Source: Candidatus Methylomirabilis sp.
Lineage (GTDB): Bacteria > Methylomirabilota > Methylomirabilia > Methylomirabilales > Methylomirabilaceae
Length of the DNA stretch: 37,962 nt
Assembly (NCBI GenBank): GCA_041498975.1
Contig: JBGQJI010000005.1
Coordinates: 1 to 37,962 of the forward strand
Reading direction: 5' to 3'
Made by a program: the position numbers and the translations under genes. The notes under the pieces are model-generated. The model saw only the letters and a program-made list of their open reading frames with translations, was not told the origin of the DNA and searched no databases. Shown here in pieces: positions 28,112 to 37,225 of this stretch; within the stretch, counting starts at the first letter, position 1; every line of letters begins with the position of its first letter.

Positions 28112-28782
28112 CGGATTAGCATCCCGATCCGCCCCCAGCGAGGTCGGAAGCGGTCCCGATCCCAGGACCAGTAAATGATGAAGGCTTTCCCTTTGATCTT
28201 CTTCATGTCAAGAAAGCCCCAAAACCTGCTGTCCATGCTGTAGTCCCGGTTGTCGCCCATCATGAAGAGGTTGCCTGGCGGAACCACCACGGGCCCGAAA
28301 CTGTCCCGCGGGGAGAGCGGACTTTCCTGGATCGTGCGATCCATGTGGACCGCATACGGCTCCCGAAGCGGCTTGTCATTGACGTACACCTGCTTTCCCC
28401 GGACTTCCACTCTTTCACCCGGCAGGGCGATGACCCGCTTGATGAAGTCCCTCCCCTCATCTTGTGGGAACTTGAACACGATGATGTCGCCCCGCTGCGG
28501 GTTGCGCAGACCAGGCATGCGCCAGTCGAGGAACGGGATCTCCGCGCCATACAGGAACTTGTTGACCAGGATGTGATCCCCAATCAACAAGGTTTGCTGC
28601 ATCGAGCCGGACGGGATTTTGAACGCCTGGACCACAAAGGTCCTGATCACCAGGGCCAAGACAATGGCAATGACGAAGGCCTCTGCATACTGACGAATGA
28701 CCGACTTCTCCGGAACCGGCCTATCCGACACGACCGACTCCCGGCGTTCCTCCGTTTGAGGATTCATGATCTCTCTTGTCAT
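28108..28782 (-). CDS. lepB: Signal peptidase I
   Basis: TM segment, [36 protein letters not shown]. Confidence 0.96.
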   Translation of the reverse strand: MTREIMNPQTEERRESVVSDRPVPEKSVIRQYAEAFVIAIVLALVIRTFVVQAFKIPSGSMQQTLLIGDHILVNKFLYGAEIPFLDWRMPGLRNPQRGDIIVFKFPQDEGRDFIKRVIALPGERVEVRGKQVYVNDKPLREPYAVHMDRTIQESPLSPRDSFGPVVVPPGNLFMMGDNRDYSMDSRFWGFLDMKKIKGKAFIIYWSWDRDRFRPRWGRIGMLIR

Positions 28783-30587
28783 GGGCTTTTCACTTTCAGG
28801 ACCGCCATGAAGGCTTCCTGTGGAATTTCGACCCGCCCCACCTGTTTCATCCTTCGTTTCCCCTCTTTCTGCCGTTCAAGCAGCTTCCGTTTCCGGGTGA
28901 TATCCCCCCCGTAGCACTTGGCCGTCACGTTCTTGCGCAATGGCCGCACGCTTTCCCTGGCTATGACCTTGCCGCCCAGGGCGGCCTGGATCACCACCTC
29001 GAAGAGTTGCCGGGGGATCAACTCGCGCATCCGCTCCACCAGCGCCCGGCCTCTGAGGTACGCTTGGTCTTTCGGGACGATGGAGGAGAGCGCGTCAACC
29101 GGCTCGTCGTTCACCAGGATGTCCAATTTCGCCAGGCGGCCTTCGCGATACTCGAGGAATTCGTAGTCCATGGAGGCATAGCCACGGGTCGCCGACTTGA
29201 GCCGGTCATAGAAGTCCAGGACGATCTCGTTCAGAGGAAGGTCGTACGTGATAAGGACTCGCCCCCCTTCAAGATACTCCACGTCTCGCTGGACCCCCCG
29301 CTTCTACTGACACAGTCCGAAGATCGGGCCAACATACTCCCCGGGCGCCATGATGGAGGCCTTGATGTAGGGTTCCTCTATCCGCAGAAGCTGCTGGGGG
29401 GAGGGAAGGTGACTGGGGTTCTGCACCTCAACGACCGACCCATCGCTTTTGGTGACACGGTACACCACGGTCGGGGCGGTGGTGATGAGGGTCAGGCCGA
29501 ACTCCCGCTCCAACCGCTCCTGGATGATCTCCATGTGAAGCAGGCCGAGGAAGCCGCAGCGGAAACCGAAGCCGAGGGCCAGCGAGGTCTCCGGTTCGAA
29601 CGTGAAGGAAGAATCATTGAGGCGGAGTTTCTCCAACGCCTCCTTGAACTCCAGATACTGCTCGCTCTCGATCGGGTACAGCCCGGCGAACACCATCGGC
29701 CGGATCTCCTTGAAACCGGGGAATGGTCTGGTTGTGGGTCTGTCTTCGGCGGTGATGGTGTCGCCCACCCTGGTTTCACGCACGTCTTTGATCCCGGCAA
29801 TGATGTACCCGACCTCTCCGGCCGACAGGAGGTCCGCCGGCCGCATCTGGGGTGCGAAGACCCCCACCTGGGCCACCTCAAAGGCAGCCCCGCTGGACAT
29901 CAGGAGGATCCGCATCCCTGGGACTACCTGTCCTTCGTAGAGCCGCACGTAGACGATCACGCCCTGATACGAATCGAACAGGGAGTCGAAGATCAGAGCC
30001 TTCAAAGGCGACTCCGGGGAGCCTTGGGGGGGCGGAACCCGTTTGATCACCGCCTCCAGGACCTCCTCGATACCGATCCCCTGTTTGGCACTGCACAGGA
30101 TCGCCTCCGAGGGATCGATGACCAGGATCTCCTCAATCTGTCTCTTCACCCGGGGGATATCCGCATTCGGCAGATCGATCTTGTTGATCACGGGGATGAC
30201 CGCCAGCTCGTGCTCCATCGCGAGGTGGACATTGGCGAGCGTCTGGGCCTCCACCCCCTGGACGGCATCGATCACGAGCAATGCGCCCTCGCAGGCGGAG
30301 AGGCTCCGCGAGACCTCGTAACTGAAGTCCACGTGGCCTGGTGTGTCGATCAGGTTCAGGATATATTCCTGGCCACCCTGCCGCCTATAGCGAAGGCGAA
30401 TGGCCTTGGCCTTGATGGTGATGCCTCGCTCCCGCTCGAGATCCATCTGGTCCAGGACCTGGGCCTCCATCTCGCGGGGCGGCAACGCATCGGTCGCCTC
30501 CAGGATCCGATCGGCCAGAGTTGACTTGCCATGATCGATGTGCGCAATGATGGAGAAATTTCGAATCCTGTTCAATTCGGTCGCCAT
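28779..30587 (-). pseudogene. lepA: Elongation factor 4 (LepA) interrupted by a single in-frame TAG
   Basis: [20 protein letters not shown] and DTPGHVDF in the 5' [17 protein letters not shown] in the 3' ORF. Both are in the same frame, with TAG at 29306-29304 in L-C-Q-*-K-R-G-V-Q. Gene identity is certain; pseudogene status is not. Confidence 0.85.
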
Positions 30588-30591
30588 GAGA

Positions 30592-30651
30592 TCAGTGCTC
30601 AGCTCTCAGCCGTCAGCGTTCAGCACACATGCTGATTGTTGACCGCTGGGC
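30592..30651. repeat. Palindromic heptamer array (TCAGC family) upstream of lepA
   Basis: TCAGTGC TCAGCTC TCAGCCG TCAGCGT TCAGCAC acat GCTGATT GTTGACC GCTGGGC. Confidence 0.8.
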
Positions 30652-30711
30652 AGCTCGGGAGGGGGACGGGGCGAAAGGAGCGCTCCTGCCAAGGGGGGGG
30701 CAAGCCAGAGA

Positions 30712-31689
30712 TCACCAGTCTCGATCCCGGACGAAGTCAGCCATCAGGATGAGCGAACGCTTGGCAGCCGAATCTGAAAAGATAGCAAGGGAGTCCTTGG
30801 CTTTCTCGAGGTAGGTGCGAACTTGCTCCATGGTGGCCGCAACGGCACCGTGTCGTTCCACTATCTCTTTCACCTCTGCTAGGTGGGACTCCCCAATCGT
30901 CTCCTTCGCCGCAAGTTCCCTGAGCCTGCTTCGATCGGCCTCCGATCCCGCCCGTAGGACGTGGAACACCGGAAAGGTCACCTTTCCCTCCTTGAAATCG
31001 TTCCCGACGGGCTTGCCCAGTCTGTCCTCCTTGGCGACGAAGTCCAGAGCGTCATCCACCAACTGGAACCCGATCCCCAGATTCAACCCGAATCCCGTCA
31101 ACGCGGCCACCGCCGACGCGTCCGCCCCTGCGATCAGCGCGCCAGCTCTGCAGGCGGCAGAAATAAGGGCGGCGGTTTTCGAAATGATGATCTCCAAATA
31201 CTCGTCGTAGGTCAGGTCAAGGTTGCCGGCCATCTGCACCTCGCGAACCTCCCCCTCCGTCATGCGGACAGTGGCGTCGGCGAAAGCCTGCATCACGGCA
31301 AGATCGCCATCCGCCACCAGGATCTGGAGCGATCTGGCATACAGAAAATCCCCCGCCAGCACAGAGATCTGAGGACCCCAGATGCTGTTCGCCGAAGGCA
31401 GTCCGCGGCGTTTGTCGGCGTGATCGATGATGTCGTCATGGATCAGCGTGGCGGCGTGCATGTACTCCGCCACGGCGGCGAGGGCGATGTTGCGCGTGCC
31501 ATCCCGATAGCCACAGAGCTTCGCGGAGAGCAACAGGAGAGCGGGCCGGATCCGTTTCCCGCCGCTCTTCAGGACATACCGCGTGATCTCGCCGATCAAC
31601 TCGACGTTCCCGCCGATCTCTTGGAACAGCCGGTCTTCGACTTCGGCCAGCTCCTGGATCACGGGGAGGAGAATCCTCTCGACACTCAC
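30712..31689 (-). CDS. Long-chain trans-polyprenyl diphosphate synthase (IspB/HepT-like)
   Basis: GGKRIRP, ATLIHDDIID...RRG, KTA, FQLVDDALD, GKPVGNDFKEGK. GTG 31689 has GGAGG 7 nt upstream. Confidence 0.92.
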   Translation of the reverse strand: MSVERILLPVIQELAEVEDRLFQEIGGNVELIGEITRYVLKSGGKRIRPALLLLSAKLCGYRDGTRNIALAAVAEYMHAATLIHDDIIDHADKRRGLPSANSIWGPQISVLAGDFLYARSLQILVADGDLAVMQAFADATVRMTEGEVREVQMAGNLDLTYDEYLEIIISKTAALISAACRAGALIAGADASAVAALTGFGLNLGIGFQLVDDALDFVAKEDRLGKPVGNDFKEGKVTFPVFHVLRAGSEADRSRLRELAAKETIGESHLAEVKEIVERHGAVAATMEQVRTYLEKAKDSLAIFSDSAAKRSLILMADFVRDRDW

Positions 31690-31719
31690 GCACACGCCTC
31701 CACATGCACCCAAGCGGTC

Positions 31720-33420
31720 TCAACGACGCTGACGACTAGAGTATAGGACATATCCCCACCGCCTGTCCAAAGGGAAAATATCCGGGACCTCCTCTAATCG
31801 GGGCGCCGAGGCAGCCTTGGCGACGATGAAGACTCGGCCACCTGAGGCGGCAAGCGTCCGGAACCGGGCTTCATCGAATCTGCCGACTCTCGTCACCCTG
31901 TGACGCGAATAAAACACCAGGCTCGGCGCATTCAGATCGTAGGTCGCCAGAACGTCGGCGGGACCAAGCTCCTGTCGGGCGACATGAGCGAGGTCCCGGA
32001 GGCCTCTTTGGACACTCTCTTCGATAACCGGAGCGACCCGCAGGGCGCCCAGCAGGATGGTCAGCACCATTGTTGTTGTCAGGGCAGCCAGCGCCATGTT
32101 TCCCCGCCCTCTCCGCCGGGCCAAGACCGCGATGGCGGGACCGACGAGGAAGAGGATGGCGAGGGCGTACGGGCCAAGACCGAAGCGAAACGGGGGGATG
32201 TCCGGCGCCTCTCGGAGGCGGATGTTACCGGCAATCCATGGCACGAGAGGGAGGACGACTCCGAGCGAACAGGCGATCCCCCCCACCACCCAGTCGAATG
32301 CCTTCCCGAACCCTCCTGCCGCGGTCCCCTCGTCGAGAAGGCGCTCCCCAGCGGCTCCTGCCAGCATCGCCAGCGCAGGAAAGGCGGGGAAGATATAGGA
32401 GGGGAGTTTCGTGCCAGAGAGGGAGAAAAAGACAAAGACGACGCCGAACCAGAGCCATGAAAAGAGCAGGAGTTCCTCCCGCGCTGTGAGGTCGCCGCGA
32501 AGTCTCACCCTGATAGTCCACAGATCGCCGAAGGCCTTGGGCAACATCCCGCTCCACGGGAAAAAGCCCAGCAGGACCACCGGCAGGAAGTAATACGGGG
32601 CACCGGCATTCCCGGAGATCACCCCCGTATACCGGACCAGGTGGTGCTTCACGATGAATCCCTGGATGAAGTCCCATCCGTTCTCCCGCATCACCAGGAG
32701 ATACCATGGGAGCGCAATGGCAGCGAAAATCGAGAGGCCGATAAGCGGCCGAACCTTGGAAAGGCTGGCCCCCGCACCTCTACGGACCATCAGAAACAGG
32801 CCGACGACCAAGCCAGGGATGAGAAGGCCGATGGGGCCTTTGGTCAGGACCGACAGCGCCATGGCAACATAGCCAGTGAGCATGCATCCCCCACCGGTCC
32901 TGCCCGTGGCGCGAGAAGCGTCAAAAAAACAGAAAAACGTCCACGTCATAAAAAAGGTGAGCGTCATGTCTGTGACGGCCGCTCGCGCCAGGATGGCCGT
33001 CCCGAGGTTCGTGGCAAAGGCCAAGGCGGCAATCAGCGCGCCTCGCCGACCCAGCACCCGCCGCCCGAACAGGTAGATCGACAGGACCAGGGCCGTGGCG
33101 AACAGCGCAGACCAGAACCGGGCGGCGAACTCGCCAATCCCGAAGGCTTTGTACCCAAGAACGATCAGCCAGTAGAACAAGATCGGTTTGTCGAAACGCG
33201 GCTGGAAATTGAACTGGGGCGTAATCCAATCGCCCGAGACCAGCATCTCCCTTGCCGCCTCCGCGAAGGCCGGTTCATCGGCGTCGAACAGCGCGAGAGA
33301 GCCCAGGCGATGAAAAAAGAGGAGCAGGCTCAGCAGGATGAGAAGGGCAACAGCTCCGCCATCTCGAGTTCGTCGGCTGGAGCCCGCGTCTGTCGTTCTC
33401 GCCTTCTCAGATTCGGTCAT
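31720..33420 (-). CDS. ArnT/PMT-family (GT-C) membrane glycosyltransferase
   Basis: DADEPAFAEAAREM, DKPILFYW, LTKGPIG, KLPSYIFP and many TM segments; ATG 33420. Confidence 0.88.
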   Translation of the reverse strand: MTESEKARTTDAGSSRRTRDGGAVALLILLSLLLFFHRLGSLALFDADEPAFAEAAREMLVSGDWITPQFNFQPRFDKPILFYWLIVLGYKAFGIGEFAARFWSALFATALVLSIYLFGRRVLGRRGALIAALAFATNLGTAILARAAVTDMTLTFFMTWTFFCFFDASRATGRTGGGCMLTGYVAMALSVLTKGPIGLLIPGLVVGLFLMVRRGAGASLSKVRPLIGLSIFAAIALPWYLLVMRENGWDFIQGFIVKHHLVRYTGVISGNAGAPYYFLPVVLLGFFPWSGMLPKAFGDLWTIRVRLRGDLTAREELLLFSWLWFGVVFVFFSLSGTKLPSYIFPAFPALAMLAGAAGERLLDEGTAAGGFGKAFDWVVGGIACSLGVVLPLVPWIAGNIRLREAPDIPPFRFGLGPYALAILFLVGPAIAVLARRRGRGNMALAALTTTMVLTILLGALRVAPVIEESVQRGLRDLAHVARQELGPADVLATYDLNAPSLVFYSRHRVTRVGRFDEARFRTLAASGGRVFIVAKAASAPRLEEVPDIFPLDRRWGYVLYSSRQRR

Positions 33421-34129
33421 TCCCGAGCGGGAGAACAGCAAGCCGACAGACGATCCACCCCGCGAAGAGCCCGACGGCTGCCCCGGCCACGACATCAGAA
33501 AGGAAATGTCTCGCGAGATAGATCCTGGGGAAGGCGACGAGAATCGACACCCCGTAGAAGACGACCGACCCTTTGGGGTAGGCCCGGGAAAGGACATATG
33601 CCAAGGCAAAGACGGTCACAGAATGACCGGACGGGAAGGAAATGAGCCCCGAGCCCTTGCCTAGACAGGGAAAGTCGGCGAAAAACCGTCCCTCCCCTCC
33701 GGCGAGGGGGCGGAGCCGACAAAACAGGTGTTTCAGTACCTGTACCAGGACTCCACCGGCGATCACCGCAAACAGCCCGAGGCGACCCGCCACCTTTTCG
33801 CGCGGCCGGCCCGCAATGAGGCCGGTGGCCAGAAGTGCGACGGCGATTGCGGCATTCACAAGGCCATAACCTACAGCGCTGACAAACTGTGCGATCCAGA
33901 CGCCCCAGTGGGCTTGCACCGACAGGATGAACATTTTCACGGAACCGTCGATGTAGAGCACGAGCAGGGGTAGAACGGCGAATAATGCGACGATATATCC
34001 CAGCTCCCTGATGTCGGGCAATCGATCGAGAGGGCTGGGCAATCGCGAGAGATTCTGCAATCGGGGACCTCCTTTTGTCGCTCCTGCCAAAGGCGAAGCA
34101 AGGATAGCATCGCGCAGGGAGTGAAACAA
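33407..34129 (-). CDS. PAP2-family membrane phosphatase
   Basis: KHLFCRLRP, SFPSGHS, RIYLARHFLSDV (three PAP2 motifs). The true start is probably downstream of 34129. Confidence 0.88.
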   Translation of the reverse strand: MFHSLRDAILASPLAGATKGGPRLQNLSRLPSPLDRLPDIRELGYIVALFAVLPLLVLYIDGSVKMFILSVQAHWGVWIAQFVSAVGYGLVNAAIAVALLATGLIAGRPREKVAGRLGLFAVIAGGVLVQVLKHLFCRLRPLAGGEGRFFADFPCLGKGSGLISFPSGHSVTVFALAYVLSRAYPKGSVVFYGVSILVAFPRIYLARHFLSDVVAGAAVGLFAGWIVCRLAVLPLGNDRI

Positions 34130-34283
34130 GAAATTTTCGGCCGACGCGTGAGTCGCGCTGCATCACCTGCGATTCGTAGCCCATCAATGTTTTCGAACAA
34201 CGCTTAGCGAGAAACACAGCCCTTGATCACGATAATTCCTGCACCGTGGAGCCTTCTTTCCCGGTCCGACAACCTGTCAGAGG

Positions 34284-34370
34284 CCCCTCACCCTGCCCCT
34301 CTCCCACACCGGAAGCGAGGGAGGGCACAGTTGCGCCCTCTCCTGAAGAAGGAGCGTGCGTGGGGGAGAG
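34284..34370. repeat. Degenerate REP-like palindromic repeat pair
   Basis: CCCCTCACCCTGCCCCTCTCCC...GCGAGGGAGGG, then an inverted degenerate copy GCCCTCTCC...GGAGCGTGCGTGGGGGAGAG. Confidence 0.55.
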
Positions 34371-34458
34371 TGCTAAGCGCGATCACGGATAACCCGGGCT
34401 ATGGGGGATCCTCTGCCTGGTCGTGAGCATGAACTCTACTTGAACTCGCGATGCCGTA

Positions 34459-34487
34459 TTGACATCTGCCGGGAGGGTGCATATCAT
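34459..34487 (+). promoter_or_regulatory. Putative sigma70 promoter of the two-component operon
   Basis: TTGACA, 17 bp, TATCAT. Confidence 0.65.
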
Positions 34488-34703
34488 ACTCTGCCCCTTT
34501 CGCGTATATGGAGAGAACGATCTGTCGGGATTCTTCGGAGCCGGGGGACGCGGGGAAGGCCTGCAGGGCAGGATCGATGCCGGCGGATTCGTGAAGCCGA
34601 AGAGCGGTGACCGCAATCCAGCCTATCGGACGCTGCGCTGGCCGGCGGGCTCCTTTTCAGCGGCTCCAAGGCTCGCCCACCCCAAGCCTCCGTTGAGGAT
34701 GTC

Positions 34704-36266
34704 ATGATGCAATCGCTCGCACGTGGCCGTCGCTGGCGGAAGCCGCTGACACTGAGCGCGAAGGTGTCACTCGCCGCCATCGTGGTCGTGACAAGCGTGA
34801 TCGGTTTTTTCCTCGTCGAAGGGATCCGGGAGCAAAGGATCATCCTTGGTGACGCGGCCCGCGGCGAGGCCGAATCCAAGGCAACACTCCTTCGGGCGAG
34901 CCTTGAGGATCCCCGGCTGTGGGAAGATCCGCGGGCATTGCAAGCCTTTCTCGGTCGGCTTCCGGCGCCGCGGGCCGACGGCGTGACCAGTCGAAATCAA
35001 TCTGCCAGGAATCCTGAAGGGCTCGACATCCTGATCCTGGATGCCAACGGCATGGTCATTGCGGGAAACGTCGCTGAAGACGTTGGAAAGAAATACGCCC
35101 GTGATTCAAGTGGCGAGATCGGCCTGACCATGGCAGATGGAAAGATGCGCGAGTTCGAGGAGGCCGGGACCACGGCGATGTCCTGGGTCGCTGTTCCGCT
35201 CGAGGTGGACTCGGTGAGAAAAGGCATCCTGCTCTTCAGATCCCCGCATGCTGCTGCGGCAAGCCGCGCCCGCAGCCTGGTCGTGGAGGTCTCCAGGGAG
35301 GCGATCCTGGTCGCCATACCCGCGCTCTTGCTCATCCTTTGGCTGACCAGGCGATATATCCTCACGCCCGTCCTCCTCCTCAAGCGGGGCGCTTCCGCTT
35401 GGAAAGGCGGGGATCTCTCTCATCGAATCTCCTTCTCGGGGGAGGACGAGCTGGGTCAGCTTCGGGATGCCTTCAACGACATGGCGACCGCCATTGAGGC
35501 CCAACACGCCGCCTTGGCGCAAAAACAGGCCGAGATCGAGGAGAGCCTTCGACGTAACCGCGAGGCACAGGCGCAACTGGTCCAATCCGAGAAGCTCGCC
35601 TCGGTCGGCACGCTCGCCGCAGGTGTCGCCCACGAGCTGAACCAGCCACTCATGCTGATCAGGGGGTATGCGCAGCGACTCTTGGGCAGAGACAACGACG
35701 CCGGCCCCACGGCGCGCGAGGAGATCAGGATCATCGAAGAGGAAACCGCTCGGATGATGAAAATCATCCGGCACCTCAGGGATTTTTCCAGGAAATCGAC
35801 CGGCGAATACACGGAGGTGGATGTCAACGCCAGCATTCACAGCTCCTGCGCTCTCCTCGCAGAAGAACTCCGCCTTCGCAAGATCGACGTCAGGCTGGCA
35901 CTCGATCAGACATTGCCTCGCATCTGGGGCGATCCCATCCAACTCACGCAGATCTTCGTCAATCTCCTCACCAACGCGCGCGACGCCATGGACGGTACGG
36001 GAGGTGGGATATTGACGGTTCATAGCTGTCGCCGAGAAGACAACAGCGTCGAGGTCTCATTCACCGATACCGGGCCAGGAATCGACCCTGAGGTTTTTTC
36101 CAGAATATTCGACCCGTTCTTCACGACCAAACCGGTCGGATCGGGAACCGGCCTTGGCCTCTCCATCGTCCTCGGACTTGTGCAGGCCCATGGGGGGCAG
36201 CTCAACGTGAGCAATGATCCAGGGCAGGGAGCCAGGTTCACGATCTCCCTGCCGGCGGGAGGTTAG
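34704..36266 (+). CDS. Membrane sensor histidine kinase (2 TM, extracytoplasmic domain, HAMP, HisKA, HATPase)
   Basis: DELGQLRDAFNDM (HAMP), QSEKLASVGTLAAGVAHELNQPL (H box), NLLTNARDA, DTGPGI, FDPFFTTK, GTGLGL. Confidence 0.95.
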   Translation: MMQSLARGRRWRKPLTLSAKVSLAAIVVVTSVIGFFLVEGIREQRIILGDAARGEAESKATLLRASLEDPRLWEDPRALQAFLGRLPAPRADGVTSRNQSARNPEGLDILILDANGMVIAGNVAEDVGKKYARDSSGEIGLTMADGKMREFEEAGTTAMSWVAVPLEVDSVRKGILLFRSPHAAAASRARSLVVEVSREAILVAIPALLLILWLTRRYILTPVLLLKRGASAWKGGDLSHRISFSGEDELGQLRDAFNDMATAIEAQHAALAQKQAEIEESLRRNREAQAQLVQSEKLASVGTLAAGVAHELNQPLMLIRGYAQRLLGRDNDAGPTAREEIRIIEEETARMMKIIRHLRDFSRKSTGEYTEVDVNASIHSSCALLAEELRLRKIDVRLALDQTLPRIWGDPIQLTQIFVNLLTNARDAMDGTGGGILTVHSCRREDNSVEVSFTDTGPGIDPEVFSRIFDPFFTTKPVGSGTGLGLSIVLGLVQAHGGQLNVSNDPGQGARFTISLPAGG

Positions 36267-36273
36267 AAAAGAG

Positions 36274-36960
36274 ATGGAACATGATCGGATCCTCGTGGTC
36301 GATGACGATGCGCGGATTCTCCGATTCCTTCAGCGTTGCCTGGCCGAAGAAGGATATCGCGTGGCCACGGCCTCCGACGGGGCAGAAGCCATCAGCCGTA
36401 TGAAAGAGGAGACGTTTGCGCTCGTCCTGACCGACATGAAGATGCCGCAGATGGACGGGCTGGCGTTGCTCAGAGAGGCACGCCGGCTAACACCTGATGT
36501 CGCGATTATTGTCTTGACAGGACACGCGACCTCCGAGAACGCGATCGCAGCCCTCCGGGAGGAGGGGGCCTACGACTACCTCTTGAAACCGCTGGAGACA
36601 CTCGATGCTCTGAGCGAAGCGGTACGGAAAGCCCTGGCGCGCCGCAGGCAACTGCTCCGTGACAAGGAACTTCTCCGGGAGCTGGAGGAGGAAAACCGGG
36701 TGCTCTCCCAAGAGGTCGAGGAGCGGATCCGGGAGGGTACGCTGGCCCGGCAGAAGCTCGAAGCCTGGAAAGTTGTCGATCGAGCCCGGAGCATCCTGAT
36801 GAAACGGCTCGGCCTTCCTGCTGATCGGGCGCTGAACCTTCTCCGGGAGAAGAGTCGGAGAGAACAACGGACGATGCATGACACCGCCTCGGAGATTATC
36901 CTCAAGGACGCGTTCTTCGCAGAAATGGAAAAAGAGCTTCACGACTCCCCGAGGACATGA
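36274..36960 (+). CDS. Response regulator, REC + coiled coil + ANTAR
   Basis: ILVVDDD, LTDMKMPQMDG, LTGH, YLLKP; C-terminal KVVDRARSILMKRLGLPADRALNLLREKSRREQRTMHDTASEII resembles ANTAR. Confidence 0.88.
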   Translation: MEHDRILVVDDDARILRFLQRCLAEEGYRVATASDGAEAISRMKEETFALVLTDMKMPQMDGLALLREARRLTPDVAIIVLTGHATSENAIAALREEGAYDYLLKPLETLDALSEAVRKALARRRQLLRDKELLRELEEENRVLSQEVEERIREGTLARQKLEAWKVVDRARSILMKRLGLPADRALNLLREKSRREQRTMHDTASEIILKDAFFAEMEKELHDSPRT

Positions 36961-37119
36961 CAGCAAATGATATGAGATGGCCCCCACGCCTGAGGAGAAG
37001 CTGCAGATCGGGCGCCAGTTGGAAGGATTCTAGAATGGCCAGCTCATGAGGGCATGACTCGGCTTGCCGGCGCGGCCCGATCGTCCGACGCGGCTTCACA
37101 GCGGCTTCACCATTTTCGC

Positions 37120-37181
37120 TTGACATGGATTGCCTGCCGACTCCATAGTCTGGTCAGACCACCAGACCACCAGACCACCAG
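37120..37181 (+). promoter_or_regulatory. Putative promoter with a GntR/FadR-type operator
   Basis: TTGACA (37120-37125), 18 bp, CATAGT (37144-37149), then palindrome TGGTCAGACCA (37151-37161) extended as CAGACCAC x3. Confidence 0.6.
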
Positions 37182-37225
37182 GTAATACAAGACCCGCATG
37201 AACCTGAAATTCAGGGGAGGGCTAT

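Noticed and set aside
29304..29306. Genome-wide TAG recoding (pyrrolysine or alternative code)
   Set aside because: TAG ends polA, hisB, rpsU and the kinase at their expected termini, and prfA is intact.
6677..30651. CRISPR interpretation of the repeats
   Set aside because: Units are tandem 7-mers or isolated terminal repeats, with no constant repeat plus unique spacer pattern and no cas genes.
263..33645. Many long plus-strand ORFs (e.g. 5281-6513, 8655-9869, 14349-15578, 28776-30524)
   Set aside because: Antisense shadows of recognisable minus-strand genes in high-GC DNA; no family motifs.
34081..34121. ANTAR-target-like CAAAGGCG sequence
   Set aside because: No convincing second hairpin or terminator, and it lies upstream of the predicted kinase promoter.
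34368..34376. CIRCE half-site GAGTGCTAA
   Set aside because: No TTAGCACTC partner 9 bp upstream; it overlaps the end of the REP-like repeat.
34500..34660. Glycine or cyclic-dinucleotide riboswitch-like words (GGAGAGA, GCCGAAG)
   Set aside because: Other conserved segments (CTCAGG, GCAAACC/GACGCAAAG) are missing.
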